NCBI GenBank assembly: GCA_951406725.2
Contig: OX597824.1
Coordinates: 73,160,001-73,224,000, forward strand
Origin: Octopus vulgaris
Lineage: Eukaryota
Direction: 5' to 3'
Length of the DNA stretch: 64,000 nt
In this document: piece after piece, positions 1-13,041 of the stretch
How the letters are laid out: the number at the start of each line of letters is the position of its first letter
Numbering within the stretch: the stretch's first letter is position 1
Notes under the pieces: model-generated
Database searches by the model: none
Told to the model about the DNA's origin: nothing
The model's input: only the letters and a program-made list of their open reading frames with translations
Made by a program: the position numbers and the translations under genes

Positions 1-269
1 GATGATGTTGACTTGTTCTTCTTTTCGGATTATGACTGCTGTTGCTTAGTGAGTGGGATTGACTCAGTGCACAGCCTTTCCTCACTTTTAAAAAATCTTC
101 TTGCACGGGCATTGCACGATAAGAACATTGTTCATGATTGTTGATGGTACTGTGAGTCTCAACTGAATGGCTGACTGTAGCCTTAAAAAGCAAATAAAAG
201 TCACATTCAATCACAGCACCAATAACAGTTAAGCTTCGTGCAATGGCCATACTTGATAACGAGGGGGCA

Positions 270-338
<69 letters not shown>

Positions 339-629
339 TATATAGTATATATCTATAAAATAAGTATATATGCATACACAGATACACATAGACATATATG
401 TATGTATGTGGGTGGGTGCGTGTGTCCGTATGTGTGAGAGTGTTCGCTTAGCTGGTAACCAGAATGTAGAGTAAATATTTTTTAGGGGATAACTTATAAT
501 TACCTCCCTTTCTAAGCCTCTGAGTAACATCCGAGTATTTTCAAGCAACTTCAAATGTGATGCATAGTATTAGTGAAACACTGGTACAGTCGATTCTGAG
601 TGGTCGGGAGCGGTGAGTTTGAAAATATT

Positions 630-1023
630 ATTTTCTACTCTAGCACAAGGTCCAAAATTTTGCGGGAGGGCGCCAGTCGATTACATCGACTCCAGTACGT
701 AACTGGTACTTATTTAATCGACCCTGAAAGGATGAAAGGCAAAGTCGACTACAGCAGAATTTGAACTCAGAACGTGAAGACAGACGAAATACCTATTTCT
801 TTATTACCCACAAGGGGCTAAACACAGAGAGGACAAACAAGGACAGATAAACGGATTAAGTCGATTATATCGACCCTAGTGCGTAACTGGCACTTAATTT
901 ATCGATCCCCAAAAAGGATAAAAGGCAAAATCTACCTCGGCGGAATTTGAACTCAGAACGTAACGGCAGACGGAATACGGCTACGCATTTCGCCCGGCGT
1001 GCTAACGATTCTACCAGCTCCCC
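630..1023 (-). mobile_element. SINE family A (tRNA-derived head, CCTTTCATCCTTTCGGGGTCGAT core); younger copy nested in an older one
   Basis: Reverse complement of the GGCGAGCTGGCAGAA...GAGTTCAAATTCCGCCGAGGTCGAC...AAAGAAATAGG repeat found >12 times in the window; box-B-like GAGTTCAAATTC. Confidence 0.85.
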
Positions 1024-1145
1024 GTCTTGTGAAATTGAAAATATTCCCATAGGATGGAATCAGATCGGATCGAGGTTTTTCTGTTATATAAGGGAGAGAA
1101 CTTTGGTTGACCGGCGCTATCAGACGAGAATTTTGTGTAGGTAGT

Positions 1146-1227
<82 letters not shown>
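1146..1227. repeat. (GATA)n microsatellite
   Basis: Direct reading. Confidence 0.95.
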
Positions 1228-1243
1228 CAATCATACACAATAC

Positions 1244-1351
1244 TGACAGAGAGGAAGGTGAAACATTCTGTTGAGCTAATTCATATTCGCAAGGAAAACA
1301 AAATATATATGAAATAAATAGCACCACACACTCTATACTCCATACATGCAT
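1244..1351 (-). CDS. Tentative signal-peptide-like coding exon of an unknown minus-strand gene (36 aa)
   Basis: Acceptor TTTCATACAG| (exon start 1425), GTAAA-ATG at 1351, MHVWSIECVVLFISYIFCFPCEYELAQQNVSPSSLS with hydrophobic core, weak donor CA|GTATTG; no recognisable homology. Confidence 0.2.
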
Positions 1352-2268
1352 TTTACTAGTTCCAGTAATTACAACTCAATAAGCTTAGAAGGTAAATAAA
1401 CAACTTCTCAACAAAAAATAGAAATCTGTATGAAATGCTTCTCCGTGTACATACCTTACTTTACTCTTAAGGACCATAAAATTCATTTTCCTTCTGACTT
1501 TAATTACAGTCAGTGAATAAGCTCTTATGCGAATGAAATGGCTTGATATTCTTGACGTATAAGATACTCTATGTCCTTAGCACAATGGAACTGTTAATAA
1601 CAACCAACGAATTTCTTTCAAATGATACTCAAGAATGTTTTGAATAAGAAAGAATAAATTAGACAATCTAAAAACTAAGATGATCAAGGCTAGATTGACG
1701 TTGATCATAAGTTATCATAGATCTCTGTTCGATTACAGTATCCCTCAGACTAAACAACAATAATCATTTCTAATATAGACTCAATCTGGGGAAAAGGGTT
1801 AGTCGATCCCATGAACGGGGTTTGAACTCAGAATGTAAAGAACTGAAAGAAAAACTACTAAGCATTTTGTCCGACTCACTAACGATTCTTTTAGCTCGCC
1901 GCCTTCAAAAGACAATAATAATCCATTCTTCTATAGACACAAAACCTGTATTCTGTGTGCTATAGACAGACCACAATTAAGTTCCATGGCACTTATTCAG
2001 CATTACCTGACACCTTTGGGTCTCAATGACACCATTATCTCTTATAACCTCGTACACCTTGTTTTATATATATATATATATATATACACACCTTACTTTT
2101 CCTCAAAAGAGCAAGATAGTTACGGTTGGACCTTTTTTTTGATCATATGTCATCACTAGGATTTCATACGGCAAAAGTCCCTGAACATTTCCCCACTCTT
2201 TCTTTCCATTTTGGTTTTAAATTTTGACACAAGACCAGCATGTTTGGGGAAATGGTATTAGTCGATTA

Positions 2269-2502
2269 GGCGGCGAGCTGGCAGAAACGATAGCACGCCG
2301 GGCGAAATGCTTAGCGCTATTTCGTCTGCCGCTACGCTCTGAGTTCAAATTCAGCCAAGGTCGACTTTGCCTTTCATCCTTTCGGAGTCGATTAAATAAG
2401 TACCAGTTACGCACTGGGGTTGATATAATCGACTTAATCCGTTTGTCTGTCCTTGTTTGTCTTCTCTCTGTTTAGCCCCTTGTGGGTAGTAAAGAAATAG
2501 GT
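2269..2502 (+). mobile_element. SINE family A, full length, inserted in an older minus-strand family A copy (~2210-2672)
   Basis: Consensus match; AGTCGATTA duplicated on both sides. Confidence 0.9.
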
Positions 2503-2744
2503 ATAAGTCGATTACATTGATTCTAGTTCTCGACTGGTACTTATTTTATCGATCTTGAGAGAATGAAAAGCAAATCTGACCTCGGCAGAATTTGAAATCA
2601 AAACGCGAAAACGGACGAAATGCCACTAAGCATTTTGTCCGGTGTGCTAACGATTCTGCCAGCTTGCCGCCTTAATCTTTCTTTCCATATTGGTACAAAT
2701 ATATAGGCATGGATTTGTGTATTGTTTCTTTCTTTATATATTTA

Positions 2745-3158
2745 TATACTCTTTTACTCTTTTACTTGTTTCAGTCATTTGACTGCGGCCATGCTGGAGC
2801 ACCGCTTTTAATCGAGCAACTCGATCCCGGGACTTATTCTTTTGTAAGCCTACTACTTATTCTATCGGTCTCTTTTGCCGAACCGCTAGGTGACGGGGAC
2901 GTAAACACGCCAGCATCGGTTGTCAAGCAATGCTAGGGGGACAAACACAGACACACAAACATATACACACACACTTATATATATATACATACATACGACA
3001 GGCTTCTTTCAGTTTCCGTCTACCAAATCCACTCACAAGACTTTGGTCGGCCCGAGGCTATAGCAGAAGACACTTGCCCAAGATGCCACGCAGTGGGACT
3101 GAACCCGGAACCATGTGGTTGGTTAGCAAACTACTTACCACACAGCCACTCCTGCGCC
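2745..3158 (-). mobile_element. SINE family B (tRNA-derived head, CCTTGGGCAAGT CORE-like block, internal (TA)/(TG) tract, (GTAAAAGA)n tail)
   Basis: Full-length reverse complement of the 18735-19153 copy. Confidence 0.9.
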
Positions 3159-5733
3159 TATATATTTATATATTTATTTCCTTCCTTAAATCTGTGCTAG
3201 AAATCCGAGCCCCTTGCAATATATCATCTATTCACAAACTGCCAAAGAACTCTGCTGATTATTGTATCCACACGGGAATTTTTATCCTGCTCTTTCGGAT
3301 CAATTAATTTCCAGTTCTCAATTTTACCATTATTAAATTATATTAGACAGCGTCACGAATGAAGAAATATTCCTTTCAATGTTTTAAGAAAGTAAAAAAA
3401 ATATCATTTTGTCTCCCAATTCCACGCTCTTTCTCTGCCATTAAATTATCTTCCCCATTGACCCATCACCGCCATCTTCCCCATTGACCCATCATTGCCA
3501 CCACTACCTCCGTCGCCATCGCCACAAATACGACCATCAGCTCCACCGTCATCACACCGTTGCCGCCGCCGCCACCACTTCCACCACCACTACCACCACT
3601 GCCACTCCCGCAACCATAACGACGACCATTACCGATACCGCCATCACCGCCACCGCCATCATCACGACCACCACTGTCACCATCACCGCCACTATCATCA
3701 TTAGTACTTCCACCATACCTGTCTAAGAAAAATAGTCTAGCGACATATTCTCCAAATCGATAAATCCAGATAATATTTTTGGCCTTTAATTATTTCTAGC
3801 TATCAACTCAATCATTTTCCTGGCTCCAGTTTTATCATTATGTCAAGACTAAAGAATTGAATTTGTTATTTTATTTTTCTCAATAGTTAAAATAAAATTA
3901 TTTGACATCCCGATCCCTCCAAATAATTACTCACGATCTCCAGGAAGAAGACATGAGTTATCTCCTCATTTTAACAAATGCTGATTTGATAAATGACATG
4001 TGTGGACTTCTATATAGTCACTAGATATGCTAAAATAGCTGTTAAATCTCTCTTTAGAAAAGAAACACACTCCATAACGTAGTCTTACGGCAAGGCTGGA
4101 ACTTTTTTGATCATATGTCTATTGAATTATGGTTGGCCTGGAGTTAAACAACACTAACGACCGATTTAACAAACCAGTAAGTTGTCCTCTGAGTGATTGT
4201 TTGTCTTGCTAGAAAAAGCAGCTAAACTCTCCTTGTATCACACCTTACTGTCTTATACATGAATACATCTAGTTATTTACACATTTATGAATGATCGGAC
4301 ATGGGAGTCTCTATGTGGTCACTCAACCTGGTAGAAATAGCAGCCAAATCTCCAAACATCACTCTACTTTCTTTAAAAGATGGAAATATTGACTAACGTT
4401 GTCTAGGGTGCCCGTGCTTGAACTAAAAGTCGGGATGGTCATGACGGGAATTCCTATGTTCATAGGTTAGCATGATCAGAGATAACTTGGAGATAAACAA
4501 CAACAACCTATTTAAAATTTAATCGCTAGAGGCCTTGGAGACATTCCCATTCCCCATGGCTTTTCTTAAGTTCTCTTTGACCAGGGAGGAAGCGACTTTT
4601 ATGAAATTAGATTAATTCGGCTAATGTTCCGAATCAGATTCGAAAATGAAGTAACTGAGAATGGATAATGGAGACATGGCTGAATAATTAAGGTTTTAAT
4701 GTAATCTTATACAAGAATTACTTCCTTAGTCCTCTTCGTTTGGGTTTCCACTGTCCACTGATTTTATTTTAACTCAACACAAAAGTTTCTACGTAAAGAT
4801 TTTTTTCTATTACATTATCGTCTCTGTGAACATCTTTCTTGCCGTCTTTCTTTGCCCCTCCCTCCTTCTTTCTGTCTTTCTTTTCTCTCTCTTCTTTCGT
4901 CTCCTCTCGTCTTTCTTTACATCTCACGTTCTCTCTTCCTCTCTTTTAATTAATTTTGTAGGCTATTGTGAGAATTATTTTCAGTTATAATAACAATGAT
5001 AAATTATTAAAAATGTTTCCCTTTTGTTTCTTACATACTGACAGAAAATAGGAATCTTCCGATCTTGTTAGTACAATAATTCAATAAGTATATAGACAGC
5101 AGGTGGATTGTAAGTAAAGGTTTGAAATGGTACAAAATCTTTACATAGAATATAACATATTTTAATTTGCATTATCAATTAACGCTAATTTACATGAATG
5201 AGTTTGGGATAATATCCGTAGATATTCTCGTGTTTTGCAAAGTAAGACAGATGTGTTGTAGAAATTATTATTAGAATGAATGTAGAAGTGTTCAAATCTG
5301 TAAGGCAAAAATGTTTATGGGCAAATAACTGATAGCAGTAAAAATAGACATATATAAAATGCATGTTTTAAACTAGTAGGAATAACCATTGCAAAAAGAT
5401 TCTTCAATCAACATAACGTACATTTGTATGGAATCTTTAGTATGGAATTTTTGCAACGGAACCATTACTACAGTGTGTGCTATAATAATCAAAATTAGTC
5501 CAAACGTTAAGCGAGGCAGCTGTGGAGAGGCGAGCCTAATGATAACGAATTCTAAAACATTGAGTGATTTTGAACTATAAATAATAATTTGAATTGACTA
5601 GACTCAAAAAATTGTATATATTTGGGTGTCCTTATGTATACGTGTATATATATATACATACCAGAGTAAGCACATAAATGCAAAACAAGGTGGAAAATTA
5701 ATAGTACTCGAATACCAGGGGTAGAATAAAGTG

Positions 5734-5893
5734 CTTTATTAAAAAGCGGCAAAAATATCACAAAAACTGTTACTCGGAGTTTCACGTTCCCGTTCGTCGG
5801 AGAGTTTTGTTTCTAAACAAAACTGCCCGACGAACGGGAACGTGAAACGCTGAGTAACATTTTTTTGTGATTTTTTGCTGTTTTTTAATAAAG
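5734..5893. repeat. 160-bp fold-back palindrome of two inverted PLE-like terminal sequences with hammerhead-like motifs
   Basis: Arms complementary about 5813/5814; each arm carries CCGACGA-ACG-GGAA-CGT-GAAAC. Confidence 0.8.
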
Positions 5894-6043
5894 TATAAAT
5901 ATATATGTATACATACACACGCACACACACAAAGAATAAGTCCTGAGGTCGATTTGCTCGACTAAAGGCGGTGTTACAGCATGGCTGCAGTCAAATGACT
6001 GAAACAAGTAAAAGAATAAAAGAATATATACATATACATATAC

Positions 6044-6078
<35 letters not shown>

Positions 6079-6641
6079 CTAGCAGTATCGCCCGGCGTTG
6101 CTCGGGTTTGTAAGGGAAATAACTATATAAGCATTTTTAGAGAGTTATAGCCAAAAAAATAGCAAAAAATGCATTAAAAATGGAAAAAAAATTATGGTAA
6201 ATTTTTTTTTAAATCGTTGACTCATCGTAGACATTTTCTGTTTTGGTGTCTTCAAGCCATGAAGTCGTTGTTCTAAAAGAACGCTGGTCTCCTTGACAAC
6301 GCTTTACGACGTTGATTTCCTTACACTCCCTTCCCCACAGTTTCACGAGGGAGGGAAGAAGGGGGAGAAGCAAACAGGTGCAAATGTGAGCGTGGACGCC
6401 AACTCCGCCGCCATCGACACACGAAAAATTATGCATTAAAATGGAATAAAAAATGATGTTAAATTATTTTTAAAATTGTAGACTCATCGTAGACGCGCGC
6501 TAATACCCAGACGGGCTCGATATGAATCACGACTATAAGATACCCGAATTTGGTTAAACTGCACCGCAAAATGTGGGAGTAGTTAGGAATCTAAATCGAA
6601 GGGGACAGACACTCACACAACTACAGTTTTATATATATAGA
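6079..6641 (-). mobile_element. Non-autonomous Helitron-like element
   Basis: Minus strand: A|TC 5' end at 6641, 3' hairpin CCCG-AGCAACG-CCGGG then CTAG|T at 6079; no TSD; 3' end shared with 29934-30321. Confidence 0.75.
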
Positions 6642-6687
6642 TATATATAGCTCCGCTGCGACTTAATAAATTGTATTTAAGACAAAC

Positions 6688-6760
6688 CTCTGCTGAAGAT
6701 TTATGGATGTTATGTAAGTAAAATTGCATATTACATTAATAATGAAACAATTGTTCAGGG
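6688..6760 (+). ncRNA. Type I hammerhead ribozyme motif
   Basis: Stem I CTCTG/CAGGG; core CTGAAGA; long AU-rich stem II; GAAA; palindromic stem III AACAATTGTT; GUU cleavage triplet, site after 6755. Confidence 0.7.
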
Positions 6761-7171
6761 TTAATCTATTTTTTCGTTGTGTTTCACTTACCTTACGTTA
6801 AATGTAGTGGTATTTCTTCTTGGAAACAGCTTTTAGTAGCTATACCATTGTCGGAGCTATTTTTAGCACTAGAGTGAACCACATAGTGGTCACTCTCTAA
6901 TATTTATGTATAAATTTGTATTTTTCCCTTGGTTTTTATGTGCTAAGCCACTTGGTGTTAAATTGATGGTATTATTAAATTAATATCAAATTTTCACCCT
7001 AATTTATAAATTTAATTATACTGCAGTAAATATTTTATGCAGTACTCGTTTCCAGTAAGTCTTATCGCTCTTTTGGCGGGGAAATTTGAATCATAACTAC
7101 GAATACAATCGATTAAACCGCGCGTGTATTTGACGCTCGATGCGACTTAATAAATTGTATTTAAGACAAAC

Positions 7172-7244
7172 CTCTGCTGAAGATTTATGGATGTTATGTA
7201 AGTAAAATTGCATATTACATTAATAATGAAACATTTGTTCAGGG
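7172..7244 (+). ncRNA. Type I hammerhead ribozyme motif (second tandem copy)
   Basis: As 6688-6760 except stem III AACATTTGTT; predicted site after 7239. Confidence 0.7.
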
Positions 7245-7384
7245 TTAATCTATTTTTTCGTTGTGTTTCACTTACCTTACGTTAAATGTAGCGGTATTTC
7301 TTCTTGGAAACAACTTTTAGTGGCTATACCATTAGCGGAGCTATTTTTAGCACTAGAGTAAACCACATAGTGGTCACTCTCTAA

Positions 7385-7389
<5 letters not shown>

Positions 7390-7438
<49 letters not shown>

Positions 7439-7567
7439 CATACATACATACATACATACATACATACGTACATACATACATACATACATACACATACATA
7501 CATACATACATACATACATACATACATACATACATACATACATACATACATACATACATACATACAT
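7390..7567. repeat. (TA)n + (TACA)n microsatellite
   Basis: Direct reading. Confidence 0.95.
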
Positions 7568-7869
7568 AAAGGTCGAACAACGAGAATGAGTGGTGGATAA
7601 AATTTCTTTATTTGTGTATTAAGACTACCATTGGTTTCATGTGGGAAAAATATCTTAATTTTCCAACCTGAACACATGGAGGAGTGATATTCGTCTCCAT
7701 TTTGGATCGGTCTGAAAAATTGTTAATATATTTTTATTTACATAAAACCAATGGTAGCCTAAATACACAAATATATATATATACATAGATACATGCATAC
7801 ATACATGCACACAGACACACACACGAACATACACACTAATGTATACATATTTTCTTTATATAAGTATAT

Positions 7870-8334
7870 TCTAATAAAAATTCTCCTTGTCACTCCGTTA
7901 CTTAGCCCGTCCGTAGCGCTTCTACGTGATTAGTTGAGGAGCGGGTAAGAGGTGGTAGTGAGTGAAATGTGTATTTTTTTTAACTAAGTGTTTTTCTCCG
8001 TTAGTTAGCCCGTCTGGATCGCCTTCACGTGATTAGTTGAAAGGAAAGGCGGAGAGCGAAAGAAAAAAAGGAGGAAAAGAGGATAATGCGAAGAGTGAGT
8101 GAGAAAGTGGGAGAGTGTAGTATATTAAGTCTATAAAATTGTGCATAAAGTATATAAAGTGTATATATAAAGTGCATTAAGTAATCATCATATTCCAATT
8201 TCCTTCACTTTTCAATGATTAGCAAATGAGCGACTATCTTTTGATACAGACACAACGTAGGTTACGCCTTCAAGTTTTTTGGATAAAGTTTTCAGAAATA
8301 ACTCAATAAGTTAAATACTCACGGGTTCCGCTAG
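7870..8334 (+). mobile_element. Possible degenerate Helitron-like non-autonomous element
   Basis: TCTAATAAAAA start, CACGGGTTCCG-CTAG|T end, internal short duplications. Confidence 0.4.
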
Positions 8335-8673
8335 TATTCCATAATTCATGTGAATTAAAATGTGCCTGAAAGTGAACTCAATCGCCAGAATATACACTGT
8401 GACACACACGCGTACAAACTTCATCATTGGATACAGACAAAAAAAAACTAAAAGGCAGAAATTATTATTTATTGATACTAAATAAAATTATTGCTTATGA
8501 TAGAATTATCATAAATTTATCAGAAAATTATCATAACTTTATCAAATTATTGCTTATGATACTAAATAAAATGCCTTTTGGAGCTTCACCAAATTTTTGA
8601 ATGACATCGGTTAATTACAGCTGCTTCTTACAGTGTCTACACACACATACACATACATACATACATACATACA

Positions 8674-8704
<31 letters not shown>

Positions 8705-9781
8705 GCACTAACTTGAAAATTGTGCTAAAATATTAGCTATGTGGTGAATTATACATTTAATTCTATGCAGTTAGCACTTTTATAATAAACAGGGAATTAA
8801 TATTATATGCTCTTTAAATGTTATAATTAATTTTTAATTTTATGATTTATATTTACCTTGTCAATGAATAGAGTATTTCATGGTGTGTATGTGTGTGTGT
8901 GTGCGTGTATGTACAGAGGCGCCTCGTAGATAACATCAGAAAAATTTTAGCCGTTGTTTTGATATTGTGTGAAAGGAAACAAACATAAAAAGAATATTTA
9001 TACATAAACTTGATCGGTTCGTGTTTTAGCCACTGCCGAGTAATGTGTTTAATTTGTTCACTGAACACCGCCGCGAATCCCCCCTTGTTTTTGAAAAATC
9101 CCCCTAAATCAAAACATACGGCGGGGGCGGGGAATCTGCCCTATTTTTCAAATCCTGACAGCAACACTGCAGCTGGAAGCGGGATAATAATCTAATTCTA
9201 TACTTTATCACATTCAAGAATGTAAACACGTTTTTAAGAACAACACACGCGGAGTTAAAAAGAAACACTACCTTTCACCGGCGCTACGTGAACGACAGCA
9301 CTCTCTCTCCCTAGCGTGAAGTTTCCTATCTCGGATATGTGAGCATGGGGACAACAGCCAAACTCCGCGTCGCTGGAACTGTGGAGTGCACAGTTCTATA
9401 CAAGGATGTTTGCATTTTTGTCGTAAACTAGGAGATGGCTACTGACATTAAGCTTCAGGATTATATAATGTACAAGTATAAAGAAAGAATTAAAGAAAAA
9501 AGGACTCATTGTATTGAATGTTATCGATCATATCAACTGGAAATGGTGGGTACTGCAGTTCCGCAGTGCCTATACACAAGCCGCCACTGGTACTGTATAC
9601 ATATGAATCTTTCCTGCTTGGCTGCCAATTTTCAATCCCATCAACTTCTGTTACAATTGATTTCATATTCGGCTGTGAAGATATACTTTTATATGTTAAT
9701 CAATGCGTTGAAATTCATTTTCTCCATAAGTCAATAATTAAAGTTCATAGGTTTTAAAGTTTGCAAACTTGGGGTAATTTT

Positions 9782-9828
9782 AGCCAATCGTAAGCCACAG
9801 ACACGTTCATGTCTGTTTCCATAGTAAC
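9782..9828. promoter_or_regulatory. CCAAT box plus RFX X-box
   Basis: AGCCAATC at 9782-9789; GTTTCCATAGTAAC at 9815-9828 fits the ciliary X-box consensus GTYNCY-AT-RGNAAC. Confidence 0.35.
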
Positions 9829-9914
9829 AAGTCAAGCATGAGAACTATTTTGTCAACGAGAAAGCACGTGTTGACAAATATATTCAACTCATTGAGGTGA
9901 TGGTAGATGTACTA

Positions 9915-10193
9915 GCTGGCAGAAACGTTAGCACGCCGGGCGAAATGCTAAGCGGTATTTCGTCTGCTGAGCTGGCAGAATCGTTAGCACGTCGGGTGAA
10001 ATGCGTAGCCGTATTTTGTCTGCCGTTACGTCCTGAGCTCAAATTCTGCCGAGGTCGACTTTGCCTTTCATCCTTTCGGGGTCGATTACATAAGTACCAG
10101 TTACGCACTGGGGTCGATATAATCGACTTAATCCGTTTGTCTATCCTTGTTTGTCCTCTCTGTGTTTAGCCCCTTGTGGGTTGTAAAGAAATA
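9915..10193 (+). mobile_element. SINE family A with duplicated 5' head
   Basis: 13-bp TSD GGTAGATGTACTA at 9902-9914 and 10194-10206. Confidence 0.92.
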
Positions 10194-10534
10194 GGTAGAT
10201 GTACTAAAAATAACAGCTAAATAGTCCTTAAATCACGCACCCCCAAATTTTTTGTTTTGATATGAATTCCTGAGTGTAGAATACAAATTTGCAAAAATTT
10301 TGTGAAAATTCCCCGAAGCAGAAAAAGTTATGAAGGGTTATATGGCATGCATAAATCAGAATTCCGCCAATATTCCTTTTGTTTACAGTTGACAACACGT
10401 GCTGTCACGCACAAAATGACAGCTTCCAAATCCTGTTTTCTGACTGAGTGAAAATTATCAAACTTTAAACCTCTGTAACTTTTATAAATTTTTTGGGGAA
10501 ATTTTCGAAAATTGGCAACCAGGCTGAAAAGATC

Positions 10535-10598
<64 letters not shown>

Positions 10599-10622
10599 TT
10601 TGTGTGCGCGCGCATGTGTATA

Positions 10623-10870
10623 TCTATTATATAAAATCCGTTCTGTCTGTCTGTCTGTGTGTCTTCTAGGATCTCGGGCATCCTCCATCCGATTGCGCTC
10701 AGGGCGTGTATACGTCTTGAAAAAATTACAAAAATCGATTCCAGGTGAGAATGCGATCGATAAAGCCGTGGGAACGTGCATTTGTACGTGCAAGTACATC
10801 AGCTGTTGCGATCGATACTACGTGTACGCGAGAAAAGTGCAGGTGCAGTTTGCGCAAAAAAGCCGGCTAG
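10623..10870 (+). mobile_element. Possible Helitron-like non-autonomous element
   Basis: A|TCTATTATATAAAA...(CTGT)n start typical of these elements; ends in CTAG; hairpin weak. Confidence 0.45.
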
Positions 10871-11367
10871 CTTAAAATAATGCCACAAAATGCAGTATAT
10901 TTAAGAGACCAAAAAGTAAGATGCAAAAGAGATATTTTCTTCAAACTTGGCATGAAAGAAGGAAAGACTATTTGGTTTCTCAAGAAGTTTTTTTTTCTTT
11001 TGCTTTAACTTCGTTTAACAAAACCAAAAATTTTATTGAAATAAAGGCATACTTAATTATTTTTTAATGAAAAGAACTGTTTAAACCATGTTTGTGTTCT
11101 TCCAGTCAACAGCCTTATCATTACTGGTTCTTACAATTCTTCGGTTGCATATTTTTGTGCATATTTGTGTGAATAAAATCGTTTTTCTTTGGGATAGAAA
11201 AAACGTCTATCTTTATCTCTTCTTTTGCTGGTGTCTCAAATTTAGGTTAAATCGTTTTTTTTCAAGGGGGGGGGCTATGGGACAGTCGGACAAGTTGTTT
11301 TGAGAAAATTTGGCATAAATGTTTGACAACTCAGCACTGTCCATTGGACGGGGGGCTTTTTGCTCGT

Positions 11368-11439
<72 letters not shown>

Positions 11440-11442
<3 letters not shown>

Positions 11443-11705
11443 CGTATTTTTGTATTTTTATTCGTGTACATCGTCCGTTTTCCGTCCTTGTGTTGTATAC
11501 ATTCGAGGCTTTCTTCCAAGGGATCTAATGCGCTTGGCTTAGAATTCCCTTGGGGGCTGCCCAGATCGGAGCAATCTCAAGATTAATCAGCCGAAATTGC
11601 GAAGATGATCCGGTTCTTGACTGATGATTGAGGGCTTCGAATGTCCCGTCCTGTGTTTCTTGTGTCGTCTTCTAGGTGTTTCACCTTCTTGTCCCAGTTT
11701 GTATA
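11440..11705 (+). mobile_element. Short repeat embedded in (TA)n (relatives at ~41000-41280 +, ~51365-51540 -, ~29010-29070 -)
   Basis: Shared ATCAGCCGAAATTGCGA.GAT.ATC.GGTTCTTGACTGA.GA block; probably PLE terminal-repeat derived (inference). Confidence 0.6.
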
Positions 11706-11720
11706 TATTTTTTTACTTTT

Positions 11721-11805
<85 letters not shown>

Positions 11806-11814
<9 letters not shown>

Positions 11815-12240
11815 AGGGCAGGCAACAGGTTGCTCTGCCGCATACCGAAAGAATTAGAAATGGCAGTCAAAGACTGTTTATTTCCATTTCCTACAATTTA
11901 CGGTCTCAGTCGTTTACTTAGTTTTAACCTATGCACACTCCCCCCCACTATTTGATGACGCCTGGTCAGAGGTGGAGGCTGGTGGCATTTGATAAATCTA
12001 ACGAAGATGGTGCTGAAGAAAGACTTTAGGCAATTTCTCGCCTACGATCTAGAAACACGTTCACCATTAACGGTAAGGCATTGTTTTCGTTTATTTGCTA
12101 CTCCGATTTTGCGTATGTGAATCGCAGGGTTATGTCGTATATGGAGCCCCCACTTGTAGGAAATGGAAATAAACAGTCTTTGACTGCCATTTCTTTCGGT
12201 ATGCGGCAGAGCAACTTGTTGCCTGCCCTTTTACTTATAT
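11806..12240. mobile_element. Element with ~85-bp terminal inverted repeats enclosing a hammerhead motif
   Basis: AAAAGGGCAGGCAACA.GTTGCTCTGCCGCATACCGAAAG...CCATTTCCTACAA at ~11812-11896 is inverted at ~12154-12232; flanked by (TA)n. Confidence 0.85.
12007..12067 (+). ncRNA. Type I hammerhead ribozyme motif
   Basis: Stem I ATGGTG/CACCAT (6 bp); CTGAAGA; stem II with TAGGC/GCCTA and AGA/TCT; GAAAC-AC-GTT; site after 12061. Confidence 0.72.
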
Positions 12241-12360
12241 ACTATATATACTGAACTCTACAGAAGTTCCCGACGCTAAAAGTCATATTTACATACCGAA
12301 ATCTACCGGTAAATAATTGTTGGTTGTCTGAAGAACCATCGAAAAAATTATTTACCCTTT

Positions 12361-12397
<37 letters not shown>

Positions 12398-12431
12398 CAT
12401 ACACACATGCAAACTCACATACGCACACACA

Positions 12432-12490
<59 letters not shown>

Positions 12491-12639
12491 TCACAAGTAA
12501 GAGAGCGAAAAGATACCAAAAAAGGTAAAGCAAAACACTATTTTATTAAAGCCGGGAAAGGCTTCACAAATTGTTGCTCGGAGTTTCATGTGCTCGCTCG
12601 TCAGACAGTTGTGATAAAACTAACTATATACACAGACAG

Positions 12640-12647
12640 ACAGATCA

Positions 12648-12741
<94 letters not shown>

Positions 12742-12995
12742 GTGTGTATGTATATATGTGTGTCAGTGTGTGTGTGTGTGTGTCAGTGTGTGTGAATATG
12801 TGTGTGAATGTGTGTGTGTGCGTGTGTGTGTGTGTGTGCGTGCGTGTGTTCACAGAACAAGAAGTTTGACGTGAATATATTACAGCGGAAAGATGTGAAG
12901 TGTAGACTATCATATTTATCTGCCCTTATTATATAATTTTAGATAACACACACGCACAAATAACTACAACAGAACCTCAGAAAGTAGGAGAGAGT

Positions 12996-13041
<46 letters not shown>

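Larger units (their letters stand above)
6657..7391 (+). mobile_element. Tandem ~250-bp direct repeats (6657-6907 and 7141-7391; period 484), each with a type I hammerhead; PLE pLTR/retrozyme-like
   Basis: Near-identical direct repeats ending in (TA)n; hammerhead cores at 6693 and 7177. Confidence 0.75.

Noticed and set aside
11570-11650. CGAAA and CTGATGA in the 11.4-11.7-kb repeat family as a hammerhead
   Set aside because: Order and stems do not give a consistent fold across copies (CTGAAGA, CTGATGA followed by CGAAT)
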